From an uncultured Nitrososphaerales archaeon (GTDB lineage: Archaea; Thermoproteota; Nitrososphaeria; Nitrososphaerales; Nitrososphaeraceae): a DNA stretch of 64,000 nt. The DNA lies in the NCBI GenBank assembly GCA_963841565.1, contig CAWJCY010000011.1, forward strand, positions 1 to 64,000. Reading direction: 5' to 3'. A program made the translations under genes and the position numbers. Below, in pieces: positions 8,822-19,823 of this stretch (within the stretch, counting starts at the first letter, position 1; the number at the start of each line of letters is the position of its first letter). Under the pieces are notes generated by a model. That model ran no database searches. It was not told the origin of the DNA and saw only the letters and a list, made by a program, of their open reading frames with translations.

Positions 8822-9955
8822 TCATAATTCGTTAGGTTTCCTTGCTCCTTTTTGCTCAAAAAGCCATTTTCGCCTGTATTCTTCCTGTCGCAATCTAAAT
8901 CCCTTAAAGATATTAAAATACGCTTGCTTGGCGTGGCCCTGCTTTTCAAGTTCTGATTGGATCCACAAAGTATCAAATACAGAGATAGTAGCGGAGACCT
9001 TCGTTTCATTATTAGAGAACGTAGCTTCTCCAAGTATCTCCGCAAACATCTTTCTTGTACTATCGACTATATCTACTGAGAGTAAAGTAACTTGGTCGAC
9101 AATAAAGAACATGTTTCTAACTCTCAAGTCCCTAGTCAAGAAGGATATATTGGCATAGAGGTCATTACTTTTGCTTCTCAGTACCTGTCTAATCATTTCT
9201 TTTATCATTTCGGCCTCACCCTCATTTTTGTCGATATGCACTATCGCCCTGACAATGACGTTATGTTTAATCTTGTCCCCCAGCGATGCTATTACTCCTG
9301 CGCTTTCTGCGCACCAAAACGTATTTGCATAGGGGAACACAACTAGGATTTCACTTCTTGATGATTCTATAATATCTGTGACGGCATTGCGCACCTCTGA
9401 CGGATCGCTTGTTACCTCCTTTAGCATTTTATGTTGGGATACACCTCTTTCAATCTCTGCGATCCTTTGCATTGCCGGAGTTGCTACGCTCCAAACTCTC
9501 TCAAAAAAGTAGCTTTGCATCTGGGTGAACGATTGATTAGTTGAGAGAAACAAATCAGATTCAGGGTTGATTAGTTTGGTTGAATCAACACCGAAGTGTT
9601 CCATCCCCGTTGAGACATAAATAAATTGCTCATCGACATCTTTTATTCCAAGATAACCTGTAACATTATCGATGTGCCTTAACTCTACATATTTCATTAA
9701 TCGCGTGCACGGCTCTAAATTTTCCTGACTAATTCTAGTTATAAAGCGTGAAGCAACATGTCTGAACTTCAGTTGAACTTGCTCGTTCCAAAGTAGCGAA
9801 TTATCGAGAAGTACTGCCAACCAACCACCATCGAATATGCAATTATAACTCTTTACCGCCGAGGAAACAATTCTAGAAATCGCCCCCGTTGCTTCCGTTA
9901 AACTATTGTCACTGACCAAATTTTCAGGAGTGGTATTTGAATCAGTGGAAGGCAT
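8822..9955 (-). CDS. Protein made of the duplicated N-terminal module of Nitrososphaera-type histidine kinases, with no kinase domain
   Basis: RFITRISQENLEPC..ELRHIDNVTGYLGI, YFFERVWSVATPA.QRIAEIE, and a second repeat ending SVFDTLWIQSEL. No HisKA or HATPase domain. Confidence 0.65.
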   Translation of the reverse strand: MPSTDSNTTPENLVSDNSLTEATGAISRIVSSAVKSYNCIFDGGWLAVLLDNSLLWNEQVQLKFRHVASRFITRISQENLEPCTRLMKYVELRHIDNVTGYLGIKDVDEQFIYVSTGMEHFGVDSTKLINPESDLFLSTNQSFTQMQSYFFERVWSVATPAMQRIAEIERGVSQHKMLKEVTSDPSEVRNAVTDIIESSRSEILVVFPYANTFWCAESAGVIASLGDKIKHNVIVRAIVHIDKNEGEAEMIKEMIRQVLRSKSNDLYANISFLTRDLRVRNMFFIVDQVTLLSVDIVDSTRKMFAEILGEATFSNNETKVSATISVFDTLWIQSELEKQGHAKQAYFNIFKGFRLRQEEYRRKWLFEQKGARKPNEL

Positions 9956-10142
9956 AGATAATTAATCTGAACTTCAATACCTCGTCTTAAAGATATAAAT
10001 GCTTATCACAACGCATATTGAAAGTAGACAGAACAATTACAAACATTTAGCAATTGAGCATGAGGGGATATTGACCCGATATCTAATCCATATAAACTAA
10101 CAAAAAAGCACTTATAACTCAATGTAGAGTTAATAATTTGAT

Positions 10143-10421
10143 TTGCCTGTTTATTTGGACGTTCATAACGTACCGTTTAAGGAAGACCAACTGAAAGAAT
10201 TGGTGCATTCTCCCAAAGACGAATTTGGTGTCAGCCATGTCAACCTCTTCTACAATCATGATGCAAACGTTTGCTTCTGCCTACTTGATGCCCCTGATGA
10301 GGAGGCGGTTATAAAACACCATAACAAAGTAGGGATTAATTGTGAGTGGATAACAAAAGTTACAATGGCTACAGGTAAAGAGTTCTTTCCCCCAGGTCTT
10401 GCCAGTATTTCACACGAGTAG
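10143..10421 (+). CDS. DUF4242 / SCO4226-like metal-binding protein
   Basis: MPVYLDVH...FCLLDAPDEEAVIKHH...CEWITKV. Confidence 0.8.
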   Translation: MPVYLDVHNVPFKEDQLKELVHSPKDEFGVSHVNLFYNHDANVCFCLLDAPDEEAVIKHHNKVGINCEWITKVTMATGKEFFPPGLASISHE

Positions 10422-10604
10422 CGTTAATTTAATTATTGAATTGGCCAGGTTGTTGGTCATTGAATGCTAGAATGCATTAGCAACAATAGAAATTAGGAGT
10501 TACTCCAGCTAATGTTATCTCCTTGATGTAGAGGATTCTACTACTAACTAAAAAAGTGAAAAATGGGAAGCATTTGCGTAAACAGATATCCTGCAGCGAT
10601 TCAT

Positions 10605-11096
10605 CTAACCGGCAAAAGCGAACGCTCCTCCCCCTCCAGCAGATGCGAAGGCACCTCCTCCATCCCCGTCATCATCGCCATTGTCATTATCACTGTCATC
10701 GCCATTGTCATTATCACTGTCATCGCCATTGTCATTATCACTGTCATCGCCATTGTCATTATCACTGCTAGCGCTATCTTCGTCGTCATCTTTGCTGCTA
10801 GCGCTATCAGCGTCTTCAGTCTCTTCAATCACAGGAGTATAAGATGCGGGTGTGATTGGCTGATTAACGACAGGAAGGACGGCATCAAGTTGTGTAATGT
10901 TCGCACTAGGACTGTTTTGGACTGGATCTGCTAAATCTTGTGCCATGAATCCTATACGAAAATCTGCAGGCTCTAGAGTAAATGATGGGGTTATCTGAGC
11001 TGACAACTGATTTAATTCCAGGGATGGTACTGACAGGAAAGTCAGTAGCATGGCAGTAACAGTAACAAGACTTAACACACAGAACTTTAGGGGCAT
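10605..11096 (-). CDS. Secreted protein with an acidic repeat and a Gly/Ala-rich C-terminus
   Basis: Probable start ATG 11096 (MPLKFCVLSLVTVTAMLL...), then (SDNDNGDD)x4, ending GGGAFASAGGGGAFAFAG. Confidence 0.7.
   Translation of the reverse strand: MPLKFCVLSLVTVTAMLLTFLSVPSLELNQLSAQITPSFTLEPADFRIGFMAQDLADPVQNSPSANITQLDAVLPVVNQPITPASYTPVIEETEDADSASSKDDDEDSASSDNDNGDDSDNDNGDDSDNDNGDDSDNDNGDDDGDGGGAFASAGGGGAFAFAG
10671..10766 (+). repeat. 24-bp tandem repeat x4 (GTCATCGCCATTGTCATTATCACT)
   Basis: Four contiguous units, no spacers. Confidence 0.95.
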
Positions 11097-11459
11097 TTCA
11101 TTCTGAATAATCGCCTCCCTCAACATGGTCACTTTTTGTACTAGATGAGAGCACCATTTTGTACTCAATAAGTCTACTAAATATGAGCTACATAATATTA
11201 TTCTAGAACTTCTCGCCATCAATTTGACTATGATTGAATCTAGATTGTGATAGATGGATCGAACTTGCGACAACCCACCTCAGTAAAGAAGAGCATAACA
11301 TTTTGGTCGTTTTTTGCAGTGCAGTCGTTGTCGGCAAACTTGTGATTTTAAAGAAATGGTCCACACTCAATGGTGCAAGGTACTAGAAAACTCATCAATA
11401 GCTTACTTATTTATGATCTAAACATATAAACATAATAACTCCCATTCCCCATTTAAAAG

Positions 11460-11693
11460 GTGAAAGATATGGAATTTACATGTGTCAATTGTAGTAGATT
11501 AACAGCTGTAAGTCTTACTACCGATGATCTTACTGTTTACAGGTGTAACAATTGCGATATGGAGTACCGGTTAATAACTGGATGCATGGAGAAGCAGTCT
11601 GTCCAGAGTGTCAGTGTGAGAAGCAATAAGGTGATAAATGAAGGTGATGGATATAGCGCCATGCCAATAAGAGTCGAAATTAAGCGGCCATAA
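11460..11693 (+). CDS. Small zinc-ribbon protein
   Basis: CVNC...CNNC, with a TATA-like sequence upstream. Confidence 0.6.
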   Translation: MKDMEFTCVNCSRLTAVSLTTDDLTVYRCNNCDMEYRLITGCMEKQSVQSVSVRSNKVINEGDGYSAMPIRVEIKRP

Positions 11694-12124
11694 GTTCTAC
11701 GTCGTTCTACTTTGAAGGATCGGCAATATACTTGATGAATGGTTAGCTAACGTTATTCTTAGCCCCAAATAGGATCAATTGGTTGATGGCTTGTCACCAT
11801 TGACAGGTCCAAATTTCACTTTCAGGTGTACAATTTGAGTTTCTGTCAATATTGATGATCAGTTTCAATACTAGCTGCATGCAATAGGGGAAATGCCTAC
11901 CAGGTGGTTTTTTGAAATCACTAACGTACTGCAAATATGTTTGACGATTTACTATTAAGGTATCTTCTTAAAGAGATACATATTTCATCCTTCGTCCTGG
12001 TATTTAGAAAGCTATGTGCAAGTTGATAACCTAGGCCTAAATTCTTAAAAGACTATAGGAATTTCTAATTTGATGAATTATATTTGGTTCGATATGTTGA
12101 ATTGCTTACAACGACTTGAGATTT

Positions 12125-12763
12125 ATGAAGGTTAATGACTATACAATTCGGCCCGCATTATTAGTCATCGATGTTCAGAATGGCTTTGCGGCAAAAGGTG
12201 GTTCGTACGATCAATTGGGTATCGATATTTCAAAGTATATCAGCGTCATTCCAAAGATTGCAAACCTCATTAATGTTTGTAGAAACTCAAAGATTCCCAT
12301 TTTTTACACTCAAGCCATACGCGAACCCTCGGGAATTGATCTCCTAACAAACGTTCACCGGATTCTTCCTAAATCTAGGGAGGAAAGAATAAGAATGAAA
12401 CCCATTTGTGTGAGAGGTACCTGGGACGCGGAGATCGTAGATGAAATAAAACCAGCTGATTCTGACCATGTAATTAGGAAGAGACGTGATTCTGCCTTCT
12501 ATGACACCGAAATAGGAGTATGGCTTAAGAGCGCGAGAATAGACACTTTGATATTTAGTGGGATAGATACTTCAATCTCTGTAGAATCCTCATTAAGAGA
12601 CGCCTTCAATCTTGGTTATGATGTCATATTGATTTCCGATGCTACCGCGTCGAACATAGAAAAGCACTATCAATCGACGTTGGAAAATGTTAGAGGATAT
12701 TACGGACTAGTTATGAGCATAGATGAGTTCAGTAAATTTGCACTAACAAGTGGCACTTCATAA
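12125..12763 (+). CDS. Isochorismatase-family amidohydrolase (RutB-like); Ser at the catalytic Cys position
   Basis: LLVIDVQNGF, GTWDAEIVDE, KRRDSAFY, GIDTSISVESSLRDAF. Confidence 0.9.
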   Translation: MKVNDYTIRPALLVIDVQNGFAAKGGSYDQLGIDISKYISVIPKIANLINVCRNSKIPIFYTQAIREPSGIDLLTNVHRILPKSREERIRMKPICVRGTWDAEIVDEIKPADSDHVIRKRRDSAFYDTEIGVWLKSARIDTLIFSGIDTSISVESSLRDAFNLGYDVILISDATASNIEKHYQSTLENVRGYYGLVMSIDEFSKFALTSGTS

Positions 12764-13095
12764 AGTAGATGATAACAGTTTAATTAAAGTAGTTTAGTGG
12801 AAGAAATAAATGTGCGCCAGTGGATGCTTTTACTTGTTTTTCCTAGCCTTGCTATTGGTCTAGCCCCTGAAGGTTAATTAGACATACCTAGTCGCATGAG
12901 TCATACGCATACCCACTTCCTGTTCCTTCCGAACTTCGAATACCTGCCAAATTTCTCAATTTTACATCTGTTCTTAACCTATATTCTCTAAAGTATATTA
13001 GCTCATATAATCACATATTAAATTGACATCGGATTTATCCTGTAATAGGTTCCGATTTGTAAAAATACGATCCAGTCCAGTTTCCTATTACAGAC

Positions 13096-13371
13096 ATGAA
13101 AAATAGGACACATCATGACATACTGGCTAAGGTGTTGCAAGTGGCCAAAGGTACTGATGGAACCACTAAGACAAGAATAATGTATAGTGCATATCTTTCC
13201 AGTAATCAGCTCAAAGAGTACATTGCTTTCTGTCAAGGCCATGGACTCGTAAGTTATGATGCCAGAAAGAGAGTATACAAGACCACAGGTAAAGGAATCA
13301 GGCTTTTAGAACTCTTCGCTAAAATGTATGAGATAGTTCCTTCGGGTTCTATTGAAGAAATTAGTCCATAA
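13096..13371 (+). CDS. Archaeal winged-HTH transcriptional regulator (HTH_45 type)
   Basis: R...DILAKVL...TKTRIMYSAYLSSNQLKEY...YKTTGKG. Confidence 0.85.
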   Translation: MKNRTHHDILAKVLQVAKGTDGTTKTRIMYSAYLSSNQLKEYIAFCQGHGLVSYDARKRVYKTTGKGIRLLELFAKMYEIVPSGSIEEISP

Positions 13372-13753
13372 AGTCTTTTAATCTCGGCTTGATTTATTAA
13401 TAGATATACTTGTACTTAATATGCCAGTTACCTGAGACTTTGATAAGCAGTCATAGTTTCTTTCCAAGTATTAGAGGACTTTTTTCTAATAACAGTGAAT
13501 AGTTGCATAGGATGTTAAATATTTCAATTTCGACTAGAAAGAATATCCAACTCAATAATTAAAGGATTAAAGGGATTTGTATTAGAATCGTTCAATCTTG
13601 CGATTTGTTGCTTGTTTTATTTCTTCGTTTCATATCACGCCATGGCTGTTGTCTGAAATAATTCTTCTATGCTATCCTGACACTTTGACTAGCTAACTGT
13701 AAATTATCGAAATTTGACATAGTGTAGTTAAACTTTATGTATTAGCTTTATCT

Positions 13754-15175
13754 ATGATGATGCATGTAAATTTGGCTAAATTAGCTTCGGCATCGGTCAC
13801 GGTCAATAGTCGGAAGATAACGGTTGTGATTGGACTTGCTATTATTTTCCTTGTTATTCTTGATTTACTTGTCACTCGTCAAGTCTTACCCTACACCACC
13901 GATGTAGAAACTACGTTATTCATATCCACCGTAGTTGTTGGATATGGCTTCGGATCTTGGATCCTCCTAGGATATACTAGAAAGGTTAGTGAGGAGATTA
14001 GAGCAAAATCTAGGTTTATCAACGTTTTGCACTGGACCGTAACAGTAACTCAATTTGCATTATTTGGGATATTGTTGGTAATACTCTTTAGTGGCACAAA
14101 GACCGGTTTTTTGTCGTCCTCAGTTTTTGCAATTAGCTCCGCGTTAGCCACATTCATCATGGGCGTAATAGCCTTCAAGTTCTTTACTTGGTATAAATTG
14201 AGTTATAGTAAAAATTTTACGATTCTATTTTATGGCTTTGCTACATTGACACTCGCCCTCTCTATTGCCGAAGACGCTAGTACAAAGCTACTTATGGTCC
14301 AAGTGGTATATGAGCAAACACCCGAAGGAGTGCCCACAGAATCATCATTCTTATATGAATCCTCTGAAAAGTATAATGGAGAAATTATACGGAAGGAAGT
14401 AAATGGAGATACTACTACACTCCTTATACTACCCGATTCAAACAAGGAATACTACAACCTTTTAAACTCTACCATACTTCCCATAGCATTTGTATTTAGG
14501 TGGATTGCTTCTACTATGCTCCTCCGCAATTCTTATCAAAAGATAGGTAAATTATCCTTGTTCTTTTGGATTATTCTTTCTCTCCCTTTAATCCTTTATC
14601 TTGTCGGAAAAATGCCTGGCTTTTTCTCAGGAGAAAGCCTCTCAGGTGTAGATGAACCATATCGCTATTTCTTTAGAATCCTTTTTAGAACAGGAACAAT
14701 AGCTGGAAATATCCTCTTCGGTCTTGCATTCTTCATGGTGGCAAGGAAAATGGCGTCTTCAAAATTGAGGGACTATCTCATCCTCACCGGAATAGGGGAT
14801 ACCATCGTGGGCATAGCTCTCTCTACTTCCGCATTAGAACCAACATACGGAGTAGCTGGTCACTCTCTAGTGTTACTCTCTTCGTATTTATTCAGCATCG
14901 GATTTTACCTTTCAGCGATATCCTTGTCACAGGATAGCTCATTAAGAAAATCTATCAAGAAGAGTATGGTAGACGTTATAGACAATATTGGGACCGCCCA
15001 AATGGAGCAGCAGTTGAGAACCAGAATTTTGAAAATAGTCGAGAAAGAAAAACAAACCTTGGAAGAGGAGACAGGAGGTGTTTCTCAAGAAGTTAGCGAA
15101 ATTGAGCTGAAGGAATATATGGATTTGGTGACCGAAGAAAGGAAAAAATCGACTGTCTTCGGAGGCAAAGGGTAA
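13754..15175 (+). CDS. ~10-TM membrane protein, third member of the 1232-2614 family
   Basis: Same topology, with EIRAKSRF, FFTWYK, QKIGKLSLFFW, SLSQDSSLRKSIKK, NIGTAQMEQ, LEEETG and LKEYMDLV. Confidence 0.85.
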   Translation: MMMHVNLAKLASASVTVNSRKITVVIGLAIIFLVILDLLVTRQVLPYTTDVETTLFISTVVVGYGFGSWILLGYTRKVSEEIRAKSRFINVLHWTVTVTQFALFGILLVILFSGTKTGFLSSSVFAISSALATFIMGVIAFKFFTWYKLSYSKNFTILFYGFATLTLALSIAEDASTKLLMVQVVYEQTPEGVPTESSFLYESSEKYNGEIIRKEVNGDTTTLLILPDSNKEYYNLLNSTILPIAFVFRWIASTMLLRNSYQKIGKLSLFFWIILSLPLILYLVGKMPGFFSGESLSGVDEPYRYFFRILFRTGTIAGNILFGLAFFMVARKMASSKLRDYLILTGIGDTIVGIALSTSALEPTYGVAGHSLVLLSSYLFSIGFYLSAISLSQDSSLRKSIKKSMVDVIDNIGTAQMEQQLRTRILKIVEKEKQTLEEETGGVSQEVSEIELKEYMDLVTEERKKSTVFGGKG

Positions 15176-15467
15176 TTGGATGATGCCTGAAAATCAATCA
15201 GGTCTCGTAGGTCGAATTTATCTGAAGTCATGTGTGCAGTTACTCATATTCCAACTTACAAAAAGAAACAATTTGGAAAGTAGTATTGCGTAACGTGCAC
15301 TGAAATTGCTATTGACAAAGATCGCAACCAATTATGATCGATTAGAAGATGAAATTGCCGGATGCAGTAACTGAATGATATTCTATTACCACGATAGAAA
15401 AGACTATTGCTATCGTAATAGTACATTCTTATACTATTCTCTCTTTATAGAGTCTGTCCTTCGCCAG

Positions 15468-16410
15468 ATGAACAAGTGCATTGCTTTTCATTCCTACAAA
15501 GGAGGTACGGGAAAGACTACGTTGGCCTGCAATAGTGCCATCCTTTTAGCGAGGAAAGGATTTCGTGTATGCCTGCTAGATTTGGACATCTACGCCCCAA
15601 GTTTCCAGTTATATTTTTCAAAAGAACCTCGAAAATGGATAAATGACTTCCTTACTTCCAGCGCGGATATTCGAGACGTAATGTTAGATGTTACGGACAA
15701 TTTTAACAGTCAGCGAAGCCAATCCGAAGCAATCGAGTCAAATAATCTTGTCGGTGGCAAAAAGGCCGAGATTACGGGCAAATTATGGGTAGGATTCTCT
15801 AACCCTCAGAAGAAAGAGATATTCAAACTTGAAGCTGCAGATACGAATACAAAAAGGCAGGCTATTAGAAGATTTATACATCTTAGAGAAATATTGATGT
15901 CTGAATTCGGTGCAGACTATATCCTAGTCGACACGAGTCCAGGAATAAGATTCTGGTCAATAAATTCGTTAGCAATTGCGGATATTTTACTGCTGACATT
16001 GAAAATGAGCGACCTTGATATCGACGGCACAAAAATTGTGGCAGAGGAGATATACAGGTGTTTCATTGAGCTGAGGCAGCAAGGCATTTCTGGTGTACAA
16101 CATGGTTGAAGGTTACTGCGTCCCTCAACAGAGTATCTCAAATAGAGAAGGATTCTTAAACGTGTCAACTCCTGCAATTGCTCAATCCCCCAACAGTGAT
16201 GCTGCACCGGTAACGCAGTTACAGAGCCAACAAAGGCGCAGCGAGGATGACGAATCTAGGAACCTGTCTGCGAAATTAGGAATTGAAACCATTTCCTTCA
16301 TTCCCTGTTATTGCGATATCCAATTCTTGAGAAAAGAATTTCTTACAGTCCTAAAATATCGAGACCATCCATTTACTTCCCAAATAGAAAAGCTCATAGA
16401 TGCTCTATGA
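15468..16410 (+). CDS. MinD/ParA-family ATPase (frameshift near 16070)
   Basis: HSYKGGTGKTT deviant Walker A, LDLD and DTSPG. The second frame continues AFLVYNMV...IPCYCDIQF..HPF. Confidence 0.85.
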
Positions 16411-16606
16411 TATGTCTCGGGGCTATGATATGTCTGGGGGCCCGATCCTGTCACCGTCTTACAAGGAAAATATCGCCGACTGGCAATGATTTGGACTATT
16501 TTGTAGATTAACAATTCAAATCACCAATGTCTGGGTACAGGGTATGCTACCTAAGTATGGCTCGGTGTTCACAGTTTATAAAATCACTCGACCAATTATA
16601 TTTCTG

Positions 16607-16891
16607 ATGTATGATCAAAAGAGAACTGACAAAGACTCGGGGTGCGAACATTTTGCAGGGATAGATGAAAGCAAAGTAAAACCTAGTACTAGGTCATGTC
16701 AGGAGTGCGAAATAGAGGGGACTGACTGGGTGGCACTACGAATGTGTTTGACGTGCGGTCACGTGGGCTGTTGTGATTCATCCGAAGGGCTTCATGCTAC
16801 GAAACACTTTGAACAAACCGGTCACTCCACAATGGTAGCTTTACCAAACAAACAGTGGAGATGGTGTTATCTTCATAAGAGCTATTCATAA
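16607..16891 (+). CDS. UBP-type zinc finger protein
   Basis: CEH...CQEC...LRMCLTCGHVGCCDSS..HATKHF...WRWCY. Confidence 0.9.
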   Translation: MYDQKRTDKDSGCEHFAGIDESKVKPSTRSCQECEIEGTDWVALRMCLTCGHVGCCDSSEGLHATKHFEQTGHSTMVALPNKQWRWCYLHKSYS

Positions 16892-17277
16892 GTGAGTTAT
16901 CATCTGCAGCATTTTAACCACAAGTGATTGTTATTCGGTCAAGAACGTTTGTGAAGAAGTCATTATTGGTAATTTACTTCCTCATGTGATGGTCGTAATC
17001 AAATTGCAGATATTAATTGGATGGCCGGGATAGCAATAGTCTTTACACTCAAGTTAGATTGCTGGAAATAATCTCCAAACTACTAATTCCAGCTAGAGCT
17101 AGAGTTGCGCCTACTTGAAAATAGCACTTTGACGCGTCTATGGTTCCAATAGAAGTAGAATCAGAGTCAAAGGAATAATGGCCAGTACTGCTGTAGACTA
17201 GAGCTGACATATCCCCCTCCCCCCCTTCTGAACTGGTATTTCATACCTTAAATGCTCGGCTTCATGATCTCCAGCCT

Positions 17278-17739
17278 ATGCCTAAGCCAACTGTGCAGCA
17301 ACAACGACAACAATACTACTTGGAAGCTAATGAATTGTTAATTCAACGAATCTATGCCTCGGTTAGCGACCAAATTGCTCAGAAAAGGTGGGAATTTCAG
17401 CACTCCGACATAGATCCAAATCGGTTATGGAATATTGCAAATCAGGTTGAAGCGCTTAATTGGGTTTCGAAAAAATTGAGTGGGATACTCAGACAATACA
17501 AACCGGTACCTGATTCTTCGGTTAAATCGCTAATTGCATCACTCATTAGAGTGCTGGTCAGAATTGACAAGGGCCTTTTAAAGTTCAAGAGAGACAAGCA
17601 AAAATCATATGAATATTATAGATTGAAATCACGAGCAGCGATGGTTGAATGGTCCCTTTTTCAGATTCACTTTATGGCCGCTGATGTACTTAGAAGAGTA
17701 CCTAGACCGGACGGTATTCAGGATTTCACATCGATTTAA
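17278..17739 (+). CDS. Hypothetical protein
   Basis: 153-aa ATG ORF, helical composition. Confidence 0.55.
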   Translation: MPKPTVQQQRQQYYLEANELLIQRIYASVSDQIAQKRWEFQHSDIDPNRLWNIANQVEALNWVSKKLSGILRQYKPVPDSSVKSLIASLIRVLVRIDKGLLKFKRDKQKSYEYYRLKSRAAMVEWSLFQIHFMAADVLRRVPRPDGIQDFTSI

Positions 17740-18136
17740 ACTTCGGCTCCGATCCCTTTTCTTTCGTATTGAAAGGTTTATTTTCAAGCATACACGACAC
17801 TGCTATTGTTTAGAGCTTGCCTGACCACCTCTTAACGGCATGTGGGAGGGCCTTTTCTAAGCACCAAGCCCCTACATTTTAAGTCAATTGCAAGACATAC
17901 TTTTCCTAATCAGATTGGAATAGTTCTCAATGTATTAAAAAAATAAAAAAAATGCGTTGTTTTGGAAATAGGTTGATTTTTTATTGATTTCTATGTTGCA
18001 AATGATATTCTGATACGAGGTAATGATTAGTAAATCTGGATTCTGAGCGTAACGGACGATTCGTGCTATTCGGTAAGGGAGTATTGCAACACTTTGGATA
18101 ACGTTAAAATCGCGTGTCCGCAAACACCTCGACATC

Positions 18137-18655
18137 GTGTTCCTAAAGAGAGATAAGGACAGCAAGAAATGGAAAATCGAATATGACGAAACGGTCTACA
18201 AGATATACGATAGGAATAATGATTTAGCGGGCTACTTTTTCCCTAACTATGGATTTCTAACCGATCAGAAGTCTAGTAGTGAGATGGGTGAGGAGGATGA
18301 GGAGAACATCATTGAGGCCATGAACCAAGAGCATAAAGAGGTCCCCGGGGGAGAGGTTCTCGTTCCACTCGTGAAACTCGATCTTCTGGACATCGAAGAC
18401 GAACATGTAGAGTTAGATTTCGCCTATGGGATGATGGAGGCAGATCTGAAAAGAATGGATGCATGGAGGACCTGGATGAAATCTAATTCGGATAGATATA
18501 GTATAATAGGAAACGGAATTTACACCTCTAGGGAAGATAGAAACATGCTATCCATCGCACTCCAATTAAATAGTAGATTTATTTTGCACGAAAAGGATAT
18601 TGGTCTAAAGTTAAAACCTATTCTTGATAGCTTAGGTGAATGTGGATTGCTTTAA
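18137..18655 (+). CDS. Hypothetical protein
   Basis: 172-aa ORF with protein-like composition. Confidence 0.7.
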   Translation: MFLKRDKDSKKWKIEYDETVYKIYDRNNDLAGYFFPNYGFLTDQKSSSEMGEEDEENIIEAMNQEHKEVPGGEVLVPLVKLDLLDIEDEHVELDFAYGMMEADLKRMDAWRTWMKSNSDRYSIIGNGIYTSREDRNMLSIALQLNSRFILHEKDIGLKLKPILDSLGECGLL

Positions 18656-18747
18656 TCAAACGATTGTAGATTTGCAATCGTACAGGTATTGAACAAAAGA
18701 CAGTAGAATCGAAATTCACCGCATTCTTGCTATAGTTTTGTGCATAG

Positions 18748-18930
18748 TTAAGGTCCAACTGGCGTCTCATTGTGGAGTTCTTTATCCAATTCTAGAATAG
18801 CTGTAATATAGCAGCGAGGACACACTGGTATACTAGTTCCTAACTTTTTCTCGAGTTCGTAGTCCATGAACCTCTCTTCCCCGCAACTGTAACATATTCG
18901 GGATCGTATTTTAGTCACTGCTGATACCAA
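18748..18930 (-). CDS. Small zinc-binding protein
   Basis: CYSC...CPRC. Confidence 0.5.
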   Translation of the reverse strand: MVSAVTKIRSRICYSCGEERFMDYELEKKLGTSIPVCPRCYITAILELDKELHNETPVGP

Positions 18931-19222
18931 AATACATAATACTTTGAATTATATCTCTTTTATGAAGAACTTCCTGTAGATAATTACGTAGTGATACATC
19001 AGAATCTCCTTTCTCCGCTCAAATTCTCGATCATACATTCTACTCTTATGCTATTGACCATCCACATTCAAGCTAGTAGATATCTCACAATGCAACGACT
19101 TGCCATGATAGAAAAAAAATCAATTTGCATAATTTAAAAGCCTAATATGGTAAAAAATGGTAAATTGTTTGTTCAATTATCAGTATTCGAGTGATTTGAC
19201 ATGTGTTCTAGAAGGAACAATC

Positions 19223-19801
19223 CTAATGATCCAGTAATAGTGCATAAAGTCCCCCTACCCCATAAGCTATTCCTATCAATAACCGAGAAGCCAATGGAGC
19301 AAGCTCACCTGAATTCTGAAGAATTGTATAATTTATGATTGATGCAAGAGGTATAAATAAGATTGATAAAATGCCCACTAGATATTGCTCCCTGTTTGAC
19401 GTATCGCTATATTTCCGTAACAGACTGTAGGTGCAAATATTCCCAGCCCCAATCCCCAATAGGACCAAGTATGGATATAGAGATTGGAATACAGGTATCA
19501 TTGCAAATGGGCCGGCCCAACATATGCCGTTTACCAATTTTGCTGTCAGGGGCCAAGAAACACTGCTTTTCATCCTATTCCGCAATGGAATCAATATGTG
19601 ACGAAAAAGAAATACCAAGGTAACAGTAACAATGGCAAAAACTAGCCACCAGATTGCTAAAGCGGCATATGAAGGCAGATTGTAAAGTAAAATAGTCCAA
19701 TCTGCAATCGTTGCAGAGGTGATGGCAACAAAAATTATGAGGAATAGAATGGCGAGTGACCTCTTCCCCTCCTTGTCAGGACGAAATTGATCAGTGGTCA
19801 G
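19223..19801 (-). CDS. Membrane protein (~6 TM), probable CTG start
   Basis: The frame stays open upstream of the tracked TTG and adds two TM segments up to CTG 19801. TATA-like TTATTAAG lies about 20-25 nt upstream. Confidence 0.65.
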   Translation of the reverse strand: MTTDQFRPDKEGKRSLAILFLIIFVAITSATIADWTILLYNLPSYAALAIWWLVFAIVTVTLVFLFRHILIPLRNRMKSSVSWPLTAKLVNGICWAGPFAMIPVFQSLYPYLVLLGIGAGNICTYSLLRKYSDTSNREQYLVGILSILFIPLASIINYTILQNSGELAPLASRLLIGIAYGVGGLYALLLDH

Positions 19802-19823
19802 TGCTCGAGATCTATTTTCGGCT

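Noticed and set aside
10671-10766. Possible CRISPR array
   Set aside because: The 24-bp units are contiguous with no spacers, they are in frame in a coding gene, and no cas genes are present.
10556-10934. His/Cys-rich (HCHYHCHR) and Ile/Val-rich ORFs
   Set aside because: They are alternate-frame shadows of the 24-bp repeat in the minus-strand gene.
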